A stretch of DNA of 32,000 nt from Cupriavidus necator. Its GTDB lineage: Bacteria; Pseudomonadota; Gammaproteobacteria; Burkholderiales; Burkholderiaceae. Below the pieces are notes generated by a model. It saw nothing but the letters and a program-made list of their open reading frames with translations, ran no database searches and was not told where the DNA came from. Of the stretch, positions 16,791-25,435 are shown piece after piece; the first letter of the stretch is position 1, and the number at the start of each line of letters is the position of its first letter. The stretch is from the NCBI RefSeq assembly GCF_016127575.1, contig NZ_CP066018.1, positions 2,310,001 through 2,342,000 on the forward strand. Reading direction: 5' to 3'. A program made the translations under genes and the position numbers.

Positions 16791-17914
16791 GCCCGGCCTC
16801 CGGTGGCCGCGGCATCACGCCTGCGCAGGCCGAACACGGCGCGCCACCCGCCCAGGCTGCGGTTCTGGCGGTAGCGGAACAGCAGCAGCGCCCCCAGGAA
16901 CACCGCCAGGTGGATCGGCCACCACGCCAGCCAGAACGGGATCGCGCCCGAGCGCACCCAGGACTGCGTCAGGTTGATCAGGTTGCTGTAGGTCAGGTAG
17001 ATCAGCACCGCGAACACCAGCGGCGTGTAGCGGCCCAGGCGCGGGTTAACGTAGGCCAGCGGGATTGCGATCATGACGAAGTTGAAGGCCAGGATCGGCA
17101 GCGAGATGCGCCAGATCAGCTCGCCCAGGTTTTCGCGCGTGGGGTTGCGGATCAGCTCGATGGTGTCGCGGCTCTTGGGTGGCAGCTTGGCTTCGGACTC
17201 GGGAGCCTTGTTGTCCACCTTGACCGCGTAGCGTTCGAACTCGACGATGCGGTAGTCGATCTGGCCGGGCATGCCCGAGTAGCGGCGGCCGTTTTCCATC
17301 ACCACCAGGCGGTCGCCGTTGGGCATGGTCTCGAACTTGCCCTGGTGCGCCAGCGCCACGCCGATCTTGTCGGCCTCGGAGTTGGCGACGAAGACATTGC
17401 GCGCATGCTTCATGTCGGCGTCGATGCCCTCGATGAACAGCACATAGTTGGCCTTGGCGGGCTCGATAAAGCGCCCGGCGGCGATCATCGACATCACGCC
17501 GCGCTGCTCGAAGCGGTCGCGGAACAGCGCGCTCTGCTGGTTGGCCCAGGGCCAGGCGAACATGCCCAGCAGCAGCGCCAGCACGATGAAGGGTGCCGCA
17601 AACTGCAGCACCGGCTTGACCAGTTCGCGCAGCGAGATGCCCGCCGAGAACCACACCACCATCTCCGAATCCTTGTACCAGCGCGTCAGCACGATCAGGG
17701 TGGAGATGAAGAGCGTGGCCGACAGCAGGATCGACAGGTAGCCGATGGTGGCCAGGCCGATCAGCATCAGCACGTCGTTGGGACTGGCCTTGCCGCTGGC
17801 AGCCATTCCCAGGATGCGGATCACGAGCGAGGTGAGCATGAAGGTCAGCATCACCAGGAACACCGCCCCGGCGGTGTAGGCAAGCTCGCGTCGCAGGGCT
17901 TGTTGAAGGATCAT
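16787..17914 (-). CDS. lptF: LPS export ABC permease LptF (YjgP/YjgQ family), 375 aa
   Basis: MILQQALRRELAYTAGAVFLVMLTFML... Family topology fits, and it is divergent from pepA. Confidence 0.88.
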   Translation of the reverse strand: MILQQALRRELAYTAGAVFLVMLTFMLTSLVIRILGMAASGKASPNDVLMLIGLATIGYLSILLSATLFISTLIVLTRWYKDSEMVVWFSAGISLRELVKPVLQFAAPFIVLALLLGMFAWPWANQQSALFRDRFEQRGVMSMIAAGRFIEPAKANYVLFIEGIDADMKHARNVFVANSEADKIGVALAHQGKFETMPNGDRLVVMENGRRYSGMPGQIDYRIVEFERYAVKVDNKAPESEAKLPPKSRDTIELIRNPTRENLGELIWRISLPILAFNFVMIAIPLAYVNPRLGRYTPLVFAVLIYLTYSNLINLTQSWVRSGAIPFWLAWWPIHLAVFLGALLLFRYRQNRSLGGWRAVFGLRRRDAAATGGRA

Positions 17915-18101
17915 GCGGGTTCGGTTCCGGGCTGCCGGCCGGAGCGGGCGATGTGCCGTGCGAGGTGCCTGGCAGAACAGCTGGCTGGCAGCACAGCATG
18001 CTGTCAGCGTGACCGGGGCGTATCAGCGGCGGCAGGTCGCGGGATAAAAATCGCGGATAATGGAGGCTTTCGTGTCTAACGAGCCCCTGGAAGGAAGCGC
18101 G

Positions 18102-19640
18102 ATGGAATTTAGCACAAAAGCCTTGGATTGGAGCAAAGCCGGCCAAAATGGTTTCCTGGCGACCAAGACCGACTGCCTGGTGGTCGGCCTGTTCGAAGGC
18201 CAGAACCTGGCCGGAGTAGCCAAGGCACTGGACGTGGCCACCAAGGGCCTGGTGGGGCGGCTGGTCAAGCAGGGCGACTTCGAAGGCAAGCGCGGCACCC
18301 AGCTGATGCTGCATGAGGTGGCCGGCGTGGGCGCCGCGCGCGTGCTGCTGGTGGGCCTGGGCAAGGAAGCCGATTTCAGCGACAAGGCCTTTGCCGACGC
18401 GGTCCGCACCGCCGTGCGTGCCTTGTCGTCCACGCGTGCGGCCTCGGCCCTGTGGTGCCTGGCGCAACAGGCGCCGCAGCAGCGCGATGTCGCCTGGGCG
18501 GTGATCACCACCATCACGCTGGTGCGCGAAGCCGGCTATCGGCTGCTGGAGCGCCATCCGGGCCTGAAGCGCGCCAATGCCAACGGCAAGCCCAACGGCA
18601 ACGACAAGTCCTCGCTGCGCAAGGTCGTGATCGCGGTCGACACCGGCAATGCCCGCGCCGCCACCCAGGCCGTGGTGCGCGGCACCGCCATCGCCAACGG
18701 CATGGAGCTGACGCGCGACCTGGGCAACCTGCCGTCCAATATCTGCACGCCGACCTACCTGGCCAATACCGCCCGCGGCATTGCCAAGCGCCACAAGCTC
18801 AAGGCCGAGGTGCTGGGCCGCAAGCAGATCGAGGCCCTGAACATGGGGGCCTTCCTGGCCGTGACCAAGGGCAGCGAAGAGCCGCCGCAGTTCATCGTGC
18901 TGCGCTACGACGGCGCCGGCGCCAAGCAGGCCCCGGTGGTGCTGGTGGGCAAGGGCATCACCTTCGATACCGGCGGCATCTCGCTCAAGCCGGGCGAGGG
19001 CATGGACGAGATGAAGTACGACATGTGCGGCGCCGCCTCGGTGCTGGGCACGATCCAGGCCGTGGCCGAGATGGGCCTGAAGCTCAACGTCATCGCCGTG
19101 GTGCCGACCTGCGAGAACATGCCCAGCGGCATCGCCACCAAGCCGGGCGACGTGGTCACCAGCATGTCCGGCCAGACCATCGAGATCCTGAACACCGACG
19201 CCGAAGGCCGCCTGATCCTGTGCGACGCGCTGACCTATGTGGAGCGCTTCAAGCCGGCCGCGGTGATCGACGTGGCCACGCTGACGGGCGCCTGCATCAT
19301 CGCGCTCGGCCACATCAACAGCGGCCTGTACGCGCGCTCCGACGCGCTTGCCGATGCCCTGCTGCAGGCCGGCCGCCGCGCCATGGACACCGCCTGGCGC
19401 ATGCCGCTGGACGACGAGTACCAGGACCAGCTCAAGTCCAACTTTGCCGACATGGGCAATATCGGCGGCCGCCCGGCCGGCAGCGTGACGGCGGCGTGCT
19501 TCCTCTCGCGCTTTACCGAGAAATACGACTGGGCCCACCTGGACATCGCCGGCACCGCCTGGAAGAGCGGCGCGGCCAAGGGGGCCACCGGCCGCCCGGT
19601 GCCGCTGCTGGCGCAGTTCCTGATGGACCGCGCGGCCTGA
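18102..19640 (+). CDS. pepA: Leucyl aminopeptidase (M17), 512 aa
   Basis: [16 protein letters not shown] and the signature [14 protein letters not shown]. Start set at MEFSTKAL (18102), preceded by GGAAGGAAG; the track start is 18060. Confidence 0.92.
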   Translation: MEFSTKALDWSKAGQNGFLATKTDCLVVGLFEGQNLAGVAKALDVATKGLVGRLVKQGDFEGKRGTQLMLHEVAGVGAARVLLVGLGKEADFSDKAFADAVRTAVRALSSTRAASALWCLAQQAPQQRDVAWAVITTITLVREAGYRLLERHPGLKRANANGKPNGNDKSSLRKVVIAVDTGNARAATQAVVRGTAIANGMELTRDLGNLPSNICTPTYLANTARGIAKRHKLKAEVLGRKQIEALNMGAFLAVTKGSEEPPQFIVLRYDGAGAKQAPVVLVGKGITFDTGGISLKPGEGMDEMKYDMCGAASVLGTIQAVAEMGLKLNVIAVVPTCENMPSGIATKPGDVVTSMSGQTIEILNTDAEGRLILCDALTYVERFKPAAVIDVATLTGACIIALGHINSGLYARSDALADALLQAGRRAMDTAWRMPLDDEYQDQLKSNFADMGNIGGRPAGSVTAACFLSRFTEKYDWAHLDIAGTAWKSGAAKGATGRPVPLLAQFLMDRAA

Positions 19641-19674
19641 TGGCGGCGGCAGGCAACAGAGGCAGCAAGGGTCC

Positions 19675-20109
19675 ATGACGCGCATCGATTTCCACAGCAA
19701 CGTGCCGGACGTGCTCGGCTATGTCTGCCGGCTGGTCCGCAAGGCCTACGGCGCCGGGCAGAAGGTGGTGATCCACGGGGCGCCGGCGCAGCTGGCGGAC
19801 CTGGATGCGCGCCTGTGGACCTTCTCCGCGCTGGATTTCCTGCCCCATTGCGGGCTGGAAAGCCCCAATGCGGCGGTCACGCCGATCCTGCTGGCCGCCA
19901 CCACCGAAGGCGTGCCGCACCACCAGCTGCTGATCAACCTGGCAGACCAGGCCCCGGCGCAGTTTGCCAGCTTCGAACGGCTGATCGAGGTAGTGGGCGC
20001 GGGCGATGCCGCGCGCGAAGCCGGCCGCCAGCGCTACCGTTTCTACCGCGAACGCGGCTATCCGCTGACGCACCACGACATCGGCCAGCCCAAGGGAGAC
20101 GCCGCATGA
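19675..20109 (+). CDS. holC: DNA polymerase III chi subunit, 144 aa
   Basis: LDARLWTFSALDFLPH and GRQRYRFYRERGY parallel E. coli chi (LDEALW..FVPH; ARERYKAYRVAGF, from memory). It sits directly downstream of pepA, as in E. coli. Confidence 0.85.
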   Translation: MTRIDFHSNVPDVLGYVCRLVRKAYGAGQKVVIHGAPAQLADLDARLWTFSALDFLPHCGLESPNAAVTPILLAATTEGVPHHQLLINLADQAPAQFASFERLIEVVGAGDAAREAGRQRYRFYRERGYPLTHHDIGQPKGDAA

Positions 20110-20591
20110 GCGAACGCACCACCTCGCGGGTGATCCCGCGGCTCGATCCGAATGACAGCATCCCGCTGCTGACCGAGGTGTTCGAACTGCCGGACGCAGG
20201 GACAGCAGCGCCGGCTGCCGCTGCGCAGGAGGGCGTGATCGATACCTTCGGCATGGCCGATTCGGGCCTGGTCATGCATGTCGGCGATACCGGCGACGCC
20301 GTGGCGGACGAAGGCGCCGCGCCGGCATCGGCGATGCCGGCAGATAGCGGCGCCCCGGGCGAGGACGACCTGCGCGCCGTGCGCACCGAGTTGCTGACGC
20401 GCGTGATGATGCGCTTCCGCACCGAATGGCCGCAGGTCGTGGCGGCCCATACCGAAGCCACGCTGCAGTCGCGCCTGGCGCCGCTGACGGCGCAACTGGC
20501 CAGCGAGCTGACCCAGTCGCTGGAGGCGCGGCTGGTGGAATGGCTGGATGCGACGCTGGAGGAGATCGAGAAGACGCCGGGGGAGGATTAA
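20106..20591 (+). CDS. Hypothetical acidic protein translationally coupled to holC, 161 aa
   Basis: Internal ATG of track ORF 19815..20591, overlapping the holC stop (ATGA at 20106-20109). MSERTTSRVIPRLDPNDSIPLLTEVFELPD is followed by an Ala/Asp/Gly-rich low-complexity region and a C-terminal amphipathic helical segment. A strong terminator follows. Confidence 0.6.
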   Translation: MSERTTSRVIPRLDPNDSIPLLTEVFELPDAGTAAPAAAAQEGVIDTFGMADSGLVMHVGDTGDAVADEGAAPASAMPADSGAPGEDDLRAVRTELLTRVMMRFRTEWPQVVAAHTEATLQSRLAPLTAQLASELTQSLEARLVEWLDATLEEIEKTPGED

Positions 20592-20644
20592 CGGCGGCTG
20601 AAGGGCTGGAGCGGACCGGCGGGTCTCGACAGACGTCGGCAAAC

Positions 20645-20676
20645 AAAAAAGCCTGCGATCGCTCGCAGGCTTTTTT
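20645..20676. terminator. Bidirectional rho-independent terminator between the holC-coupled ORF (+) and ilvD (-)
   Basis: A6 tract, stem GCCTGCGA/TCGCAGGC (8 bp), loop TCGC, then T6 tract. Confidence 0.88.
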
Positions 20677-20693
20677 ATTGAGCAGGACGAAGA

Positions 20694-22367
20694 TCAGTCC
20701 GTCACTGCCCCCTTGCTCGCCGTCGACGCCAGCTTCGAGAACTTCGCCAGCACTCCACGGGTATAACGCGGCGCCGGCTGCTTCCAGTTGGCCCGGCGCC
20801 TGGCCAGTTCTTCATCCGCCACGTTCAGCTGCAGCAACAGCTTGTGCGCATCGATGGTGATCGAATCGCCTTCCTGCACCAGTGCGATCGTGCCGCCCAC
20901 ATACGCTTCCGGCGCCACGTGGCCAACCACCATGCCCCAGGTACCACCAGAGAAGCGGCCGTCGGTAATAAAGCCGACCGATTCGCCCAGCCCCTTGCCG
21001 ATGATGGCCGAGGTCGGGGCCAGCATTTCCGGCATGCCGGGGCCGCCCTTGGGGCCGAGGTAGCGCAGCACCAGGATGTCGCCGGCGTTGATCTTGTCGG
21101 CCAGGATGGCTTCCATCGCGCTCTGCTCGTCCTCGAACACGCGCGCCGGGCCGGTGATGACCGGGTTCTTCAGGCCGGTGATCTTGGCGACCGCGCCTTC
21201 TTCGGCCAGGTTGCCCTTCAGGATGGCCAGATGGCCTTCGGCGTAGAGCGCCTTTTCGATCGGCAGGATCACGTCCTGGTCGGCACGCGGGGTGTCGGGA
21301 ACGTTTTCCAGCTCTTCAGCCAGCGTGCGGCCGGTGATGGTCAGGCAGTCGCCATGCAGCATGCCGGCCTTGAGCAGGATCTTCATGACCTGCGGGATGC
21401 CGCCTGCCTTGTGCAGGTCGGTCGCCACGTACTGGCCCGAGGGCTTCAGGTTGCAGATCACCGGCACCTTGCGGCGGATGCGCTCGAAGTCGTCGATGGT
21501 CCATTCCACCTCGGCGGCGTGGGCGATGGCCAGGTAGTGCAGCACGGCGTTGGTCGAGCCGCCCGTGGCCATGATCAGCGCCACGGCGTTCTCGATCGAC
21601 TTGCGCGTGATAATGTCGCGCGGCTTGATGTCCTGCTTGATCGCCTCGACCAGCACGCGCGCCGATTCGGCGGCGCTGTCGACCTTTTCCTGGTCGGGGT
21701 TGGCCATGGTCGACGAGTACAGCAGCGACATGCCCAGCGCCTCGAACGACGAGCTCATGGTGTTGGCGGTGTACATGCCGCCGCACGAGCCGGTCGACGG
21801 GCAGGCGTTCTTTTCCACGCCCTCGAAGTCTTCCTGGCTCATGCGCCCGGCGGTGAATTCGCCCACGGCCTCGAACGACGACACGATGGTCAGGTCCTTG
21901 CCCTTCCAGTTGCCCGGCTTGATGGTGCCGCCGTAGACGTAGATGCCCGGCACGTTGGTGCGCGCCAGCGCGATCATGCCGCCCGGCATGTTCTTGTCGC
22001 AGCCGCCGATCACGACCACGCCGTCCATCCACTGGCCCTGCGCGGCAGTCTCGATGCAGTCGGCGATGACTTCACGCGAGATCAGCGAGTACTTCATGCC
22101 CTCGGTGCCCATCGACATGCCGTCCGAGATGGTCGGGGTGCCGAACACCTGCGGGTTGGCGTCCGAGGCCTTGATCGCGTCGATGGCCGCATCGGCCAGG
22201 CGCTGCAGGCCAGCGTTGCAAGGGGTGATGGTCGAGTGGCCGTTGGCGATGCCCACCATCGGCTTGTCGAAGTCTTCCTTCTTGTAGCCGAGGGCGTAGT
22301 ACATCGAACGGTTGGGCGAACGCGCCACGCCTTGCGTGATGTTCTGCGAGCGTTTGTTGAATGCCAT
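20694..22367 (-). CDS. ilvD: Dihydroxy-acid dehydratase, 557 aa
   Basis: [28 protein letters not shown]...[10 protein letters not shown]...[16 protein letters not shown] are IlvD/Edd signatures. Start set at 22367; the track ORF extends to 22487 through non-conserved sequence. Confidence 0.92.
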   Translation of the reverse strand: MAFNKRSQNITQGVARSPNRSMYYALGYKKEDFDKPMVGIANGHSTITPCNAGLQRLADAAIDAIKASDANPQVFGTPTISDGMSMGTEGMKYSLISREVIADCIETAAQGQWMDGVVVIGGCDKNMPGGMIALARTNVPGIYVYGGTIKPGNWKGKDLTIVSSFEAVGEFTAGRMSQEDFEGVEKNACPSTGSCGGMYTANTMSSSFEALGMSLLYSSTMANPDQEKVDSAAESARVLVEAIKQDIKPRDIITRKSIENAVALIMATGGSTNAVLHYLAIAHAAEVEWTIDDFERIRRKVPVICNLKPSGQYVATDLHKAGGIPQVMKILLKAGMLHGDCLTITGRTLAEELENVPDTPRADQDVILPIEKALYAEGHLAILKGNLAEEGAVAKITGLKNPVITGPARVFEDEQSAMEAILADKINAGDILVLRYLGPKGGPGMPEMLAPTSAIIGKGLGESVGFITDGRFSGGTWGMVVGHVAPEAYVGGTIALVQEGDSITIDAHKLLLQLNVADEELARRRANWKQPAPRYTRGVLAKFSKLASTASKGAVTD

Positions 22368-22482
22368 GGTGGGGAATCTCCGGGGATCTTCAGTGCCGCT
22401 CCGCGCTGCGCCCGAAGACCTGGAGGCACGAACGCACGGCGGCGATGTTGTGGGCCAAAGAATGACCCTTGCGTTTTGGAGT

Positions 22483-22501
22483 GTCAAATATATTATTTGA
22501 C
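22483..22501. promoter_or_regulatory. Perfect 8-3-8 inverted repeat GTCAAATA-TAT-TATTTGAC in the ilvD/LysR divergent region; candidate LysR operator
   Basis: Read directly. It lies 35 bp upstream of the LysR TTG start and 116 bp upstream of the ilvD start, and is an AT-rich island in GC-rich DNA. Confidence 0.5.
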
Positions 22502-22535
22502 CTTTATTGAGTCGAAAAACATATCAGGAGGGCGT

Positions 22536-23480
22536 TTGGACCTGCGGCAGTTGCGTTACTTTGTCACTGTGGCGGAAGAGTTGCATTTCGGCCGCGCGGC
22601 AGGGCGCCTGTCGATGACGCAGCCGCCCTTGTCGCAGCAGATCCAGGCGCTGGAAGAGGAAATCGGCGTGCAGCTGTTCGTGCGCACGCGGCGATCGGTG
22701 GCGCTGACGCCGGCCGGCCAGCAGTGGCTGCCCGAGGTGCGGCGCGTGCTGGCCGATGCCGCGGCGCTGCCCGGGCTGGCGCAGCGGCTGGCGCGCGGCG
22801 AGGTGGGGTCGCTGTCGCTGGCCTTTGTCAGCACCGCCGACTACGGCATCCTGCCCGACCTGCTGCGGCGCTTCCGCGCGCGCCACCCGGAGGTGCAGCT
22901 GCAACTGCGCGAGGCCACCAGCGACGTGCAGCTCGAGGCGTTGATGGAGGGGGCGATCGACGCCGGCCTGGTGATCCGGCCGCAGCTGCCGGCCATGCCG
23001 CACGGGCTGGCCTACCTGCCGCTGGTGAGCGAGCCGCTGGTGCTGGCCGTGCCCGACGGCTGGCGGCCGGCGGGCGCGGTGCTGGCGGGCGACGCCGCGG
23101 TGTCGCTGCGCGAGGCCGCCCATGAACCGCTGATCATCTTCCCGCGCCGAAGCGCGCCGGCGTTTTATGACATCATTACGGGCTACTATGCGCGCGAGGG
23201 CCTGGTGCCCGTGATCGCGCAGGAAGCCATCCAGATGCAGACCATCGTCAGCCTGGTATCGGCGGGCATGGGCGTGGCGCTGGTGCCGGCCTCGCTGTGC
23301 AACCTTCGCCGCACCGGGGTGTCCTACCTGGCGCTGCGCGAGGCCGGCCCGCAGATCGAGACCGGGCTGGTCTGGCGCGACGGCGCGTCCGCCGGTGTGG
23401 CGCCGGTGCTGCGCTCGTTCATCGATATTGCGACCGCGCTCGCGCAAGAAGCAGGCGCAGCCGGGCCCGCCCCTCGCTGA
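22536..23480 (+). CDS. LysR-family transcriptional regulator, 314 aa, TTG start
   Basis: The frame of track ORF 20844..23480 contains (M)DLRQLRYFVTVAEELHFGRAAGRLSMTQPPLSQQIQALEEEIGVQLF. The only plausible start is TTG at 22536, with AGGAGG ending 5 nt upstream; no in-frame ATG precedes the HTH. Confidence 0.8.
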   Translation: MDLRQLRYFVTVAEELHFGRAAGRLSMTQPPLSQQIQALEEEIGVQLFVRTRRSVALTPAGQQWLPEVRRVLADAAALPGLAQRLARGEVGSLSLAFVSTADYGILPDLLRRFRARHPEVQLQLREATSDVQLEALMEGAIDAGLVIRPQLPAMPHGLAYLPLVSEPLVLAVPDGWRPAGAVLAGDAAVSLREAAHEPLIIFPRRSAPAFYDIITGYYAREGLVPVIAQEAIQMQTIVSLVSAGMGVALVPASLCNLRRTGVSYLALREAGPQIETGLVWRDGASAGVAPVLRSFIDIATALAQEAGAAGPAPR

Positions 23481-23552
23481 CACGTCACCAATGTCACCGA
23501 GGCCACTGACAATACGCAGGCCGCGGCCTTTACAACCTCCATTCACGCCAAC

Positions 23553-24371
23553 ATGCTGATTCATCCCCAGTTCGACCCGGTTGCCATCCACCTGGGCCCG
23601 CTTGCCATCCGCTGGTACGGGCTGATGTACCTGGCCGGGTTCATCATGTTCCTGGGCTTCGGGCGCCTGCGCATCCGCCAGCCGCATATCGCGGCCAAGG
23701 GCTGGACCACGCGCGACCTGGACGACATGCTGTTCTTCGGCGTGCTGGGCGTGATCCTGGGAGGGCGGCTGGGCTATGTGCTGTTCTACAAGCCGTCGTA
23801 CTACCTGGCCCATCCGCTCGAGATCCTCAAGGTGTGGGAAGGCGGCATGGCCTTCCATGGCGGCTTCCTGGGCGTGGTCGTGGCGATGTGGCTGTTCGGC
23901 AAACTGCGCCGGCGCCACTGGATGGAGGTGACCGACTTCATCGCGCCGATGATCCCCTGCGGGCTGGCCGCCGGCCGCATCGGCAACTTCATCAACGGCG
24001 AGCTGTGGGGCCGCGCCACCGACCTGCCGTGGGGCATGATCTTCCCGCAGGCGGGCGACAACATCCCGCGCCATCCGTCGCAGCTGTACCAGTTTGCCGG
24101 CGAGGGCGTGGCGCTGTTCATCGTCCTGTGGCTGTTCGCGCGCAAGCCGCGGCCGATGGGCGCGGTGTCGGGGGTATTCCTGATCGGCTATGGCGCCTTC
24201 CGCTTTGCCGCGGAATTCGCGCGCGAGCCCGACAACTTCCTGGGCCTGCTGGCGCTAAAGCTGTCGATGGGCCAGTGGCTGAGCCTGCCGATGATCCTGG
24301 CCGGCATCGCCATGGTGGTCTGGGCCTACCGGCGCCAGCCCGGCGCCGGCGCATCACAGCCGGTGGCCTGA
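23553..24371 (+). CDS. lgt: Prolipoprotein diacylglyceryl transferase, 272 aa
   Basis: [30 protein letters not shown]...[14 protein letters not shown]...HPSQLYQ are Lgt signatures. Confidence 0.92.
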   Translation: MLIHPQFDPVAIHLGPLAIRWYGLMYLAGFIMFLGFGRLRIRQPHIAAKGWTTRDLDDMLFFGVLGVILGGRLGYVLFYKPSYYLAHPLEILKVWEGGMAFHGGFLGVVVAMWLFGKLRRRHWMEVTDFIAPMIPCGLAAGRIGNFINGELWGRATDLPWGMIFPQAGDNIPRHPSQLYQFAGEGVALFIVLWLFARKPRPMGAVSGVFLIGYGAFRFAAEFAREPDNFLGLLALKLSMGQWLSLPMILAGIAMVVWAYRRQPGAGASQPVA

Positions 24372-24386
24372 GAACCCGTCGGCGCG

Positions 24387-25406
24387 CTATTTGCCGGCGC
24401 GGCGCAAGGCGTCGATGCGCGCCTGCGTTTGCGGGTGGGTCGACATGAAGTCCTGGCCGCGTTCCGGCTCGGCGTCCGACGCCGCCCCGCGCCGATTGTC
24501 CAGCCTGACCAGCACCTCGGCCAGCGCCGCGGGCGGCAGGCCGTTGCGCTGCATGACCTCGATCGCAAAGGCGTCGGCCTCGCGCTCGTGGTCGCGTGAA
24601 TAGCGCAGCGTCAGGATCGCGGCCGGCACCCCGGCCAGCACCGTCGAGATATCCCCGAACAGGTAGGCCGACAGCGCCGCCAGCGCCGACCCCTGAATCA
24701 CCTGCTGCATGCCGTGCCGGTTGGCGACATGGCCGGCTTCATGGGCCAGCACGCCCATCATGCCGGCACCGGTGCCGGCCAGGCTCACCAGTTCGTCGGT
24801 GACCACGATGGTGCCGCCCGGCAGCGCCAGCGCATTGGCGCCGATCTCGCCGCCCTGGCGGAACAGGATCTGGTAGTCGTGGCCGGCATCGCGCGGGCGC
24901 TTCAGCGCCGCGAAGGCCGAGCGGATGCGTTGCTGCTCGGCGGGCGGCAGCTGCGTCGGCTTGACCATGCCGTTGTCCAGGCTCGCCAGCGTCAGCTTGC
25001 CGAGATGGGCCTCCACCTCGGGCGGCACCGTGCGCGCCATGATGCCGGCGCCCCATGGCAGCAGCACGTAATAGCCCAGCACCAGCACCGCCACCAGCCC
25101 CGCCACGGCCAGGCCGGCCAGGCGCCAGCTGTTCTGCGCGCGCGCCACCAGGCTGTCGCGATGGCCGGTGGCGGCCAGCAGGTGGTCGAAGGCGGCGTGG
25201 TCGGTGATCTCGCAGAAGGCGCCGTCGGCAAAGGTGACCAGCCGCGGCGCGCGGCGCACGCGCTCGGACACGCGCACGTCCGACAGCGGCGCGCGCCGCA
25301 GCTCGGCGCCGGAGTCGTCGCGCAGCACGGCCTGCTGCGCCTCAACGGCCAGCGTGGCCGGATGCGCGCGCGACGAGCGGCCATCGAAGAAGGTGACTGG
25401 GATCAT
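24387..25406 (-). CDS. Membrane-anchored M48 zinc metallopeptidase with an N-terminal ~95-aa soluble domain, 339 aa
   Basis: Internal ATG (MIPVTFFDGRSS...) of track ORF 24387..26036; the longer version would overlap the DUF898 gene. A TM helix (WRLAGLAVAGLVAVLVLGYYVLLPW) is followed by HEAGH (GVLAHEAGHVANRH) and a distal EREADAFA. Confidence 0.8.
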   Translation of the reverse strand: MIPVTFFDGRSSRAHPATLAVEAQQAVLRDDSGAELRRAPLSDVRVSERVRRAPRLVTFADGAFCEITDHAAFDHLLAATGHRDSLVARAQNSWRLAGLAVAGLVAVLVLGYYVLLPWGAGIMARTVPPEVEAHLGKLTLASLDNGMVKPTQLPPAEQQRIRSAFAALKRPRDAGHDYQILFRQGGEIGANALALPGGTIVVTDELVSLAGTGAGMMGVLAHEAGHVANRHGMQQVIQGSALAALSAYLFGDISTVLAGVPAAILTLRYSRDHEREADAFAIEVMQRNGLPPAALAEVLVRLDNRRGAASDAEPERGQDFMSTHPQTQARIDALRRAGK

Positions 25407-25435
25407 GGTGCGGGCCGGGTCAGCGCACGGCGTGT

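Noticed and set aside
17969-18000. Possible sigma54 promoter, because of two TGGCA motifs (TGGCAGAACAGCTGG, TGGCAGCACAGCATGC).
   Set aside because: The GG-to-GC spacing is off by one relative to the TGGCAC-N5-TTGC consensus in the better copy. The other copy has no -12 TGC at all.
17046-19700. An 884-aa ORF on the minus strand, the longest in the track. Similar very long ORFs occur at 5536-7869 (+), 8877-10634 (-), 20844-22535 (+ part), 22524-24074 (-), 27155-28828 (-), 29150-30694 (-) and 30514-31716 (-).
   Set aside because: Each lies exactly antisense to, or out of frame with, a gene carrying unmistakable family motifs (pepA, cysB/methyltransferase, cysI, ilvD, LysR/lgt, GntR/matA, Bug, crotonase). 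Their translations are Arg/Ala/Gly/His-rich with no recognisable motifs, which is the usual stop-codon-poor artefact of GC-rich DNA. I see no evidence for overlapping antisense genes.
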